From positions 62,001-90,991 of the forward strand of contig JBDOIF010000020.1 in NCBI GenBank assembly GCA_041082215.1: a stretch of DNA of 28,991 nucleotides, read 5' to 3'. Shown piece by piece: positions 22,223-28,991 of the stretch. The first letter of the stretch is position 1. The number at the start of each line of letters is the position of its first letter. The notes under the pieces are model-generated. The model was not told the DNA's origin and searched no databases. It worked only from the letters and a program-made list of their open reading frames with translations. Source of the DNA: Anaerolineae bacterium (GTDB taxonomy: Bacteria > Chloroflexota > Anaerolineae > B4-G1 > DUEL01). The position numbers were made by a program, and so were the translations under genes.

Positions 22223-23146
22223 ATGGCATCCTGGTTGGTGACGGGGGGAGCTGGTTTCATCGGTTCACATCTGGTGGAGGCGCTGGTGGCGCGGGGAGAA
22301 CGGGTGCGGGTGCTGGACGACTTCTCCACTGGTCGGAGGGAGAATCTCGCGGGTGTGGCGGGGCGCGTGGAGGTGATCGAGGGGGACATCCGCGACCCAC
22401 AAACGGCTATCGGGGCGGCGCTGGGGATGGATATACTTGTCCATCTGGCGGCGGTCGTCTCGGTGCAGGCTTCGGTGGAGGATCCCCGGCGGATCATGGA
22501 GATCAACACCACAGGCACCCTCAACATGCTGGAAGCCGCACGGATGGCAGGGGTGCGCCGCTTCGTCTTCGCCTCCTCGGCGGCGGTGTACGGCGACCAG
22601 GACAGCCTGCCGTTGCGGGAGGAGCTGCTGCCGTGCCCCCTTTCCCCCTATGCAGCGAGCAAAGCGGCGGGTGAGGCGCTCTGCTGTGCCTACCGTGGCT
22701 CCTACGGCCTGCCGACGGTGATGCTGCGTTTCTTCAACGTCTATGGCCCCCGGCAGGACCCCCACAGCCCGTATGCGGGGGTCATCAGCGTCTTCGCCGA
22801 CCGGATGCGGCGGGGGCTGCCGCCGATAGTGTATGGGAACGGGCATCAGACGCGGGACTTTGTGTATGTGGCGGATGTGGTGGGGGCGGTGCTGGCGGCG
22901 GTGGAGCGGGAGGAGGCGGTGGGGGAGGTCTTCAACATCGCTGGTGGGAGCCAGACGAGCGTGCTAGAATTGGTGGCAATGCTCAATTCCATCCTGGGGA
23001 CCGAGCTGCAGCCGACTTTCACCTCACCGCGCGTCGGAGATGTGCGCCATTCCCGGGCGGACGTGCGGCGGGCCGAAGAGGCGCTGGGATGGAGGGCGCA
23101 GGTAGGCCTGCAGGAAGGGCTGAGACGGCTGATGGATGGCGGATAG
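22223..23146 (+). CDS. NAD-dependent nucleotide-sugar epimerase (GalE/WbpP-like extended SDR)
   Basis: VTGGAGFIGSH; ASSAAVYG; SPYAASK; RFFNVYGPRQDPHSPYAGVI; QTRDFVYV. Confidence 0.92.
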   Translation: MASWLVTGGAGFIGSHLVEALVARGERVRVLDDFSTGRRENLAGVAGRVEVIEGDIRDPQTAIGAALGMDILVHLAAVVSVQASVEDPRRIMEINTTGTLNMLEAARMAGVRRFVFASSAAVYGDQDSLPLREELLPCPLSPYAASKAAGEALCCAYRGSYGLPTVMLRFFNVYGPRQDPHSPYAGVISVFADRMRRGLPPIVYGNGHQTRDFVYVADVVGAVLAAVEREEAVGEVFNIAGGSQTSVLELVAMLNSILGTELQPTFTSPRVGDVRHSRADVRRAEEALGWRAQVGLQEGLRRLMDGG

Positions 23147-23162
23147 GCTCGAGGAGGGGTCG

Positions 23163-23681
23163 GTGAGGGACCCACGCGCTTCATCAGTTCCAGAAGATTT
23201 GTCGGAGAAGCTGGTGGCCTACTTTGCCGCCCAGCCGGATGTGGTGGCGGCCTACCTCTTCGGCTCGGTGGCCCAGGGCCGGGCCCGCCCCCGGAGCGAC
23301 GTGGACATCGCTGTCCTGCTGGCCGCCAGCCTGGACGAGGAGGCCCGTTTTGACCGTCGGCTGCGGCTCGGCTGCGAGGCGGAGAGCATCATCGGCCGCC
23401 GGACCGACCTGGTGGTCCTGAACGATGCTCCGCCGCGCTTGCAGCATCAGGTCCTGAAGCACGGACAGTTGATCTATGAGCGGGACCGGGCCGCGCGGGT
23501 GGAGTTTGAGGTCCGGGCGGGCAAAATCTACGCCGACCTGAAGCCGATGTACGACTTCTTCAAGGCGGCGCTGTTGCAGGAGATTCGGGAGGTGGGCCTT
23601 GGAGGACGCCGACGACGTCATCGTAGAGCGGCTGACGTATCTGCGGAACGAGTTGACCTACCTGAAACAGGAACGGGATAG
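23163..23681 (+). CDS. mntA: MntA-type minimal nucleotidyltransferase antitoxin
   Basis: GSX10DXD motif (FGSVAQGRARPRSDVD); DLVVLNDAPP. GTG 23163 follows SD GAGGAGG (alternative ATG 23136). Confidence 0.85.
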   Translation: MRDPRASSVPEDLSEKLVAYFAAQPDVVAAYLFGSVAQGRARPRSDVDIAVLLAASLDEEARFDRRLRLGCEAESIIGRRTDLVVLNDAPPRLQHQVLKHGQLIYERDRAARVEFEVRAGKIYADLKPMYDFFKAALLQEIREVGLGGRRRRHRRAADVSAERVDLPETGTG

Positions 23682-24048
23682 GGTACGTTCGTTCCGGCAA
23701 TATGTGGAGGACGTGCGGCTCAAGAAGGCCGTGGAACGGAGCCTGCAGGTTGCCATTGAAGCCTGCCTGGATATTGGCCGTCGGCTGATCGCCCTGGAGG
23801 GATTCCGCTACCCTGAGGACAACAAGGATGTGTTCCGGGTTCTGTACGAAGAGGGCGTCGTTTCCGAAAGCTTGTTGCCGTCGCTGGTAGACATGGCTCG
23901 CTTCCGCAACCTGATCGTCCACGACTATGCCCAGATAGACGACGCCAGGGTCTACGGCATGCTCAAAAAGCGGTTGGACGACTTTGACGCCTACGCCCGG
24001 GCCATTGCTGTCTACCTGGAGCAGGAGGGGGAACCCCATGGCGGATGA
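23599..24048 (+). CDS. hepT: HepT-type HEPN (DUF86) RNase toxin
   Basis: RX4HXY motif RNLIVHDY; AVERSLQVAIEACLDIG; TTG start after GGAGGT. Confidence 0.88.
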   Translation: MEDADDVIVERLTYLRNELTYLKQERDRVRSFRQYVEDVRLKKAVERSLQVAIEACLDIGRRLIALEGFRYPEDNKDVFRVLYEEGVVSESLLPSLVDMARFRNLIVHDYAQIDDARVYGMLKKRLDDFDAYARAIAVYLEQEGEPHGG

Positions 24049-25513
24049 TGCGCCCCTGGCCTACCGGGCGGTGCGGGGTGGGCTATGGGTGGCACTGAGT
24101 TCGTATTGGACCATTGGGTTTGGCTTTGTCGCTAACATCATCCTGACCCGTCTTCTTTCCCCCGAAGCCTTTGGCACCTTCGCCCTGGCGATGTTCTTTG
24201 CCCAGTTGCTACGGTTGGAGCCGAAGCTGGGCATTGGATATGCTTTCGGGCAATACAGGGAGACATCCGGGGAGACAGTAGGGACCCTCCTGGGTCTAAA
24301 CGTTCCCATTATTCTGGGCGGCTTTCTCCTGACCCTGCTGGCTGCGCCGGTCCTGGTACGATTGGGTTACGAAACGCTCGTCGCCCAGGTGGCTATCGTC
24401 CTTGCGCTGGCGGCGATGATGGAAAGCGCAGGTGGGCTGGCTGGAATTGTGCTGGACAAGGAACTGCGTTTCGGGCCGACCAGCCTGATGCAGAGCCTGG
24501 CCTTTCCGCTCTCTTATATCCCCGCCTTCTGGCTGGCGACCCATGGAGGTGGAGTCTGGAGTCTGGCCTCTCAGACTCTCACTTACAGCATATTGCTGCT
24601 CATCGGTGCATGGTGGATCCTTGGGCACCAATTGCCGGGGATTTTCCGAACGCCCTGGCGGTTCAATCCGCTGCTGGCTCAGCGGTTTCTTCGTTTCGGA
24701 GCAGGCGTAGGCCTGTGGCTGATGGCCGGGATGCTCTTTTCCCAGCTGGACAACTTCCTTATCGGCACCTTTGCCGGAGTGACAGCGCTGGGCTACTACG
24801 ACCGGGCCTATCGGATGGCCCAGTGGCCGGGGCTGTTGTTCACGACGTTACTTTCCCGCACCGCCTTCTACACGTACGCACGCCTGCAGGATGACCGGCC
24901 GCGGCTGGAAAAGACCGCGACCATGCTGACGTGGGCGGTCGGTATGGTGGCCGTGCCGCTGGCGATCGCCGTCTTTATCGCGGCACGGGATATCGTTGTT
25001 CTACTCTATGGGGAGCGGTGGCTGCCCAGCGCGCTGTTCCTGCAGATTCTCATCGCCTTCTTTGTGGTGCGGCCCCATCTGGAGAACGCTGGAGTGTTGC
25101 TGAACGCGATGGGCAAACCCGCGCGCGCCGCGACACTGCTTTGGGCCCAGGTGGGAGTCCTGGGCATTACGGGCCTCCCGCTGACGCTGCGCTGGGGTGC
25201 ACTGGGGACCTGTGGGGCAGTGGGGCTGGCGCTGCTGGTGGGCATAGTGTTGGCCTCCTGGTACATCCGCCAGGAACTCTCAACAAACGTCGGTTCCAGC
25301 CTGCTGGTACCGCTACTGGCGGGTAGCACTACATTGTTGGGGTACGCACTGCTCCTGCGATGGATACCGCTGGGGGGCCTGGGACTCCTCGCACGGCTCC
25401 TGGCCAAAGCCGCCTGGACGTTTTTGGCCTTCTATGCCCTGGCCTTCGCCCTGCGGATCCGGGAGACGGGGGAGCGGGCAAGATATGTGTGGAGATTGAT
25501 AAGAGAGAGGTGA
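24038..25513 (+). CDS. Polysaccharide flippase (Wzx/WzxC-like, MOP superfamily)
   Basis: Many TM helices; ILTRLLSPEAFG; QLDNFLIG...ALGYYDRAYR; LLYGERWLPS. Start ATG 24038 after GGAGGGGG. Confidence 0.88.
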   Translation: MADDAPLAYRAVRGGLWVALSSYWTIGFGFVANIILTRLLSPEAFGTFALAMFFAQLLRLEPKLGIGYAFGQYRETSGETVGTLLGLNVPIILGGFLLTLLAAPVLVRLGYETLVAQVAIVLALAAMMESAGGLAGIVLDKELRFGPTSLMQSLAFPLSYIPAFWLATHGGGVWSLASQTLTYSILLLIGAWWILGHQLPGIFRTPWRFNPLLAQRFLRFGAGVGLWLMAGMLFSQLDNFLIGTFAGVTALGYYDRAYRMAQWPGLLFTTLLSRTAFYTYARLQDDRPRLEKTATMLTWAVGMVAVPLAIAVFIAARDIVVLLYGERWLPSALFLQILIAFFVVRPHLENAGVLLNAMGKPARAATLLWAQVGVLGITGLPLTLRWGALGTCGAVGLALLVGIVLASWYIRQELSTNVGSSLLVPLLAGSTTLLGYALLLRWIPLGGLGLLARLLAKAAWTFLAFYALAFALRIRETGERARYVWRLIRER

Positions 25514-25516
25514 GTT

Positions 25517-26356
25517 GTGGAGACGGGTCTGACCAGACAGATCGGTTCAAGAATTCTGGATGGACTTTCTTTTCTTCCTTATTTCAAGGGGAAAGGGCTG
25601 ATCGCTTTGTGGACAATCCGGCTTTGGGGTCGCTCTCAACCCTTGACAATGAGATTGCCCAATGGAAGTCGAATATGGGTTGGGTATGATAACGCAGGCC
25701 ATGCCGTATTGCCTTATTGTATTGGCAAATATGAGCGCGAATTCACCCACTTTTTCCTGAGCTTCCTGCGCCGATTGAAGCCCGGAGAAAGCGTGATTGA
25801 CCTGGGAGCAAATGTTGGTTATTACTCCATAATGGCAGCCTGGCATCTGGGCCATTTTCAGGGGAGCCGGGTCTTTGCTTTTGAGCCCAATCCACATGCG
25901 TTCGCTTACCTGGAGCGCAATAAAGAACTGAATCGCCTGGACAATTTAGTGGCAGTTCAGCAGGCAGTTGGCGAGCGTAAGGGGCACATAACTCTGTATA
26001 TCGATCCTGATGGGATCACCTTTGGTTCCTTACAACCTTACCTTTCGCATCTCACGCAAGCCTGCGAGGTCCCAGTCACCACGTTAGACGAGTTTCTGCA
26101 CCCGTATTCGGATGTTAAAATCGCCCTGGTAAAAATGGACATTGAAGGTGCAGAGTTGCTGGCTTTGCAGGGGGCTCGGAAGACTTTGGAGAAGTTCCAT
26201 CCGGTCATTTTTTATGAAGAGAATGAGGCCGCGTATATAGCCTTTGGCTATGCCGTGGAAGAATTGCGGGAATTTTTGCGGGCTTTTGGGTATCGGCTTC
26301 ACTTTATGAAGCCAACAAATGTGCAAAATGTGATTGCTTTGCCAGAGGGCTTATGA
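25517..26356 (+). CDS. FkbM-family methyltransferase
   Basis: VIDLGANVGYYS; VFAFEPNP; TTLDEF; VKMDIEGAELLAL. Confidence 0.9.
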   Translation: METGLTRQIGSRILDGLSFLPYFKGKGLIALWTIRLWGRSQPLTMRLPNGSRIWVGYDNAGHAVLPYCIGKYEREFTHFFLSFLRRLKPGESVIDLGANVGYYSIMAAWHLGHFQGSRVFAFEPNPHAFAYLERNKELNRLDNLVAVQQAVGERKGHITLYIDPDGITFGSLQPYLSHLTQACEVPVTTLDEFLHPYSDVKIALVKMDIEGAELLALQGARKTLEKFHPVIFYEENEAAYIAFGYAVEELREFLRAFGYRLHFMKPTNVQNVIALPEGL

Positions 26357-27258
26357 ACATTAAAGTTAGCGTGATCATTCCTTGTTACAATCAAGGCAAA
26401 TTTCTGGCAGACGCTATTCAAAGCGTGTTGGAGCAAGATTATCCTGATAAAGAAATCATTGTGGTCAACGATGGCTCTGTTGATAATACGCGCGAAGTCG
26501 CTCTTTCTTTCAAAGACATGATCATATACATTGAACAGGACAATAAAGGTGCCGCTTCTGCACGAAATGCTGGCATACGTATTTCTCGTGGCGAATATGT
26601 GGCGTTTCTGGACGCTGACGATATTTGTTTACCTGGTCGGTTAAAAACGGAGGCCAAAATCCTGGATCAGCGTCCTGAAGTAGGGCTTATAGCCTCAGAC
26701 GCTTATCTGATTGACGAGGCAGGAAATATTTTAGGATTGAAATCATCAGTATCGGGATCTCCTCGCAACTCTCAGGATTTTCGGTGGGAAACCGTGGAAT
26801 ATTGTGCCACGACCAGCACTGTGATGGTCCGTAAAAAGTGTTTTGACGTAGCCGGATACTTTGATGAGAGTTTCCAGCGAGGGGGCGGGGAGGATTGGTT
26901 AGCCTGGGTTAGAATTGCTCATGATTTTTCTATGGTCTACTTAAGAGAACCAACTATAGGCTACCGTATGCACGCCCTCAATGTAACTAAAAACCTGGAA
27001 TTTATCAACCAACAAAATCGGCGAGCCTCTCATCTGGCTGTTACATGGGAGCATTTTCCGACTTACCCTGCCTACTTTAGGGCTAAGCTGTTATATTACC
27101 GGTTTGCCACAGCCTGGCATATTGAACCCAAGAGGGTCGCCTTGGGTTATCTATTTCGCGCCTTCGCTACTGAGCCAACTCAATGGCCGTATGGATTAAG
27201 GGTAATTCATCAGGGAGTAATGAACACCCTGCGTCGCCGAATAGGAAGATTTATGTGA
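26353..27258 (+). CDS. GT2-family glycosyltransferase
   Basis: VSVIIPCYN; VNDGSVD; ARNAG; FLDADD; GEDW. Confidence 0.92.
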   Translation: MNIKVSVIIPCYNQGKFLADAIQSVLEQDYPDKEIIVVNDGSVDNTREVALSFKDMIIYIEQDNKGAASARNAGIRISRGEYVAFLDADDICLPGRLKTEAKILDQRPEVGLIASDAYLIDEAGNILGLKSSVSGSPRNSQDFRWETVEYCATTSTVMVRKKCFDVAGYFDESFQRGGGEDWLAWVRIAHDFSMVYLREPTIGYRMHALNVTKNLEFINQQNRRASHLAVTWEHFPTYPAYFRAKLLYYRFATAWHIEPKRVALGYLFRAFATEPTQWPYGLRVIHQGVMNTLRRRIGRFM

Positions 27259-27264
27259 TGGAAT

Positions 27265-28329
27265 ATGCATATTGTCCTTGGTTACCGCTGGTTCCCAACG
27301 GCCGCCGGCTACCACATAGAGCGGGCCCTGCAGGCCCTGGGACACACCGTTACCTACATCGGCTTGCCCTGTAGCCAGCGCGCCGGCTATGATACGACCG
27401 TCCCGGTGGACGAAATCATCGCTTCTCTCCCTCAGAGGCCCGACCTTTACCTCTGGATTGACCCGGCCGGACGCTATTTCCCACCCGGAATTGAGCGTCT
27501 GCCTATTCCAACGGCCTGCTACCTGATTGACGTCCACCTGGGCCGCTGGCGGGAACAGGCCGCCCGCTTTTTTGATGTGGTCTTCATCGCTCAGAAAGAT
27601 TACCTGGATCGCTTTCGGCGAGCGGTGGGCCATGACCAGGTCTACTGGCTGCCGCTGGCGGCCGCATCGGACGTCCACCACGACCACCATCTCCCTCGCA
27701 TCTACGATGTGGGATTTGTGGGGAACATCGCCCGGGCCCATCGGAAAACCGCGCGCGCCCGCAGGCTCCGGCTGATCGCCGAACGCTTCCACACCAACGA
27801 TTTCTACCGCGTGTATATGCCGGAGGAGGTTGGACAGGTTTACAGCCAATCCCGTATCGTTTTTAACTGCAGCATTGCGGGCGATGTGACCATGCGGGTA
27901 TTTGAGGGCACAGCGTGCGGCGCGCTGGTCCTTACGGATGCCATTGCCAATGGGTTAGATGAACTCTTTGAAATCGGGCGTGAAATCGTCGTTTACCGGG
28001 ACGACGGGGATCTGCTGGAGAAAATCGCTTACTACCTGGCCCATGATAAGGAACGGGAGGCCATCGCCCGGGCCGGGCAGGCGCGTACTCTGAGGGAACA
28101 TACCTATGTTCATCGAATGGAGAGGCTGATCCATCTTGTATTGTCCTCCCATCTCCTGGCACCGATGAGAACGGCTTCGGCCGCGGAGAGATGGAGGGCG
28201 CGACGGGAAGTTTACATCCACCTGCATATGCTGGATGCCCTGATGGACCAGGCTCGTAATATAGGGCTGAACCCCTTCCAGCGGGCCTGGGCTATTCTCC
28301 CCTCTCTTCTCCGGAGGTTGCTCTTATGA
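27265..28329 (+). CDS. CgeB-like GT-B glycosyltransferase
   Basis: [43 protein letters not shown]. Confidence 0.85.
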   Translation: MHIVLGYRWFPTAAGYHIERALQALGHTVTYIGLPCSQRAGYDTTVPVDEIIASLPQRPDLYLWIDPAGRYFPPGIERLPIPTACYLIDVHLGRWREQAARFFDVVFIAQKDYLDRFRRAVGHDQVYWLPLAAASDVHHDHHLPRIYDVGFVGNIARAHRKTARARRLRLIAERFHTNDFYRVYMPEEVGQVYSQSRIVFNCSIAGDVTMRVFEGTACGALVLTDAIANGLDELFEIGREIVVYRDDGDLLEKIAYYLAHDKEREAIARAGQARTLREHTYVHRMERLIHLVLSSHLLAPMRTASAAERWRARREVYIHLHMLDALMDQARNIGLNPFQRAWAILPSLLRRLLL

Positions 28330-28991
28330 GCATAGGGTCCTGTCCCATCTGTGGGGTGGATGACTCCACGCCGGTAATCTCTCTGCGGGGTTACCGATAC
28401 GTCCGCTGCAGCGCTTGCCGGGCGGTCTACGTGAGCCCGATGCCCACGACCGACCAGGTTGCTGCCTTCTACCAGAATCCAGCCTATTTTGTGGGTGATG
28501 AAGAGATCGGGTATCGGGATTATGCCGCTATGCATAAGGCGCTGGCTCCTCATTTTCGCCGGCGACTGCAACTCCTGGCGAAACATCTCCCTCAGCGGGG
28601 ACGACTGCTGGACGTCGGTTGCGCCGACGGCTATTTCTTGGCATTGGCCCAGGCCGATGGCTGGGATGTAGCAGGGGTGGAAATCTCGGAGCCAATGGCA
28701 AAAGAGGCATCGGCGCGATTGAATGTGCCGGTGGTGACCTCCCTGGACCTTCTGCCTCCCGAAACCTATAATGCAATAACGCTCTGGGAGGTGGTAGAGC
28801 ATTTTCCGGACCCGATCGCGGAACTTAGGCGGCTGGCCGAGCGACTGCGCCATGGAGGGGCGCTGATGCTCTCCACGCCCAACGCTGGCCACTGGCAGCC
28901 CCTGCGCGAGCCTGAGGCCTGGAGCGCGTACCACCCTCCGGCGCACCTGGTCCTCTTCACAGCTGAGTCCTTGAAAATGGCATTGGAGAAA
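28326..28991 (+). CDS. Class I SAM-dependent methyltransferase with N-terminal Zn-binding CxxC pairs (partial, runs off the window end)
   Basis: Manual translation from ATG 28326: [10 protein letters not shown]...VRCSAC...[12 protein letters not shown]...GVEIS...[10 protein letters not shown]...STPN. ATGA overlap with the upstream stop. Confidence 0.88.
   Translation, partial: MSIGSCPICGVDDSTPVISLRGYRYVRCSACRAVYVSPMPTTDQVAAFYQNPAYFVGDEEIGYRDYAAMHKALAPHFRRRLQLLAKHLPQRGRLLDVGCADGYFLALAQADGWDVAGVEISEPMAKEASARLNVPVVTSLDLLPPETYNAITLWEVVEHFPDPIAELRRLAERLRHGGALMLSTPNAGHWQPLREPEAWSAYHPPAHLVLFTAESLKMALEK

Overview
GC-rich chromosomal segment, most likely from a Chloroflexota (Anaerolineae-like) bacterium; this is inferred from gene content and PDWL-type acidic repeats. 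Left to right: (1) a minus-strand operon (DUF2089-type Zn-ribbon/HTH regulator, small hypothetical, DUF4097/SHOCT-like protein, tandem GNAT, partial MFS) with a perfect sigma70 promoter and an overlapping palindrome; (2) a long coiled-coil protein and selB; (3) a convergent MFS + YtcJ-type amidohydrolase pair; (4) a tightly coupled ~8 kb operon of unknown function, the best candidate for an undescribed system. It encodes a small protein, a DUF6754-like membrane protein, two polytopic membrane proteins, a double-zinc-ribbon/PDWL-repeat membrane protein, a GlmL-like actin-fold ATPase with no glutamate mutase nearby, an RnfC/NqrA-like barrel-sandwich/KOW protein and a Pro/Thr-rich protein with an SPETG sorting signal; (5) a P-loop NTPase-winged-helix regulator, tRNA-Thr(CGT), a degenerate ResB/CcsBA-like protein and udk; (6) the start of a surface-glycan locus (GT2, epimerase, embedded MntA/HepT toxin-antitoxin, Wzx, low-GC FkbM + GT2 cassette, CgeB-like GT, methyltransferase). 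Two ~93%-identical copies of a ~190 bp MITE-like palindromic element each sit between back-to-back divergent promoters. Family names come from motif recognition only; no database search was run.
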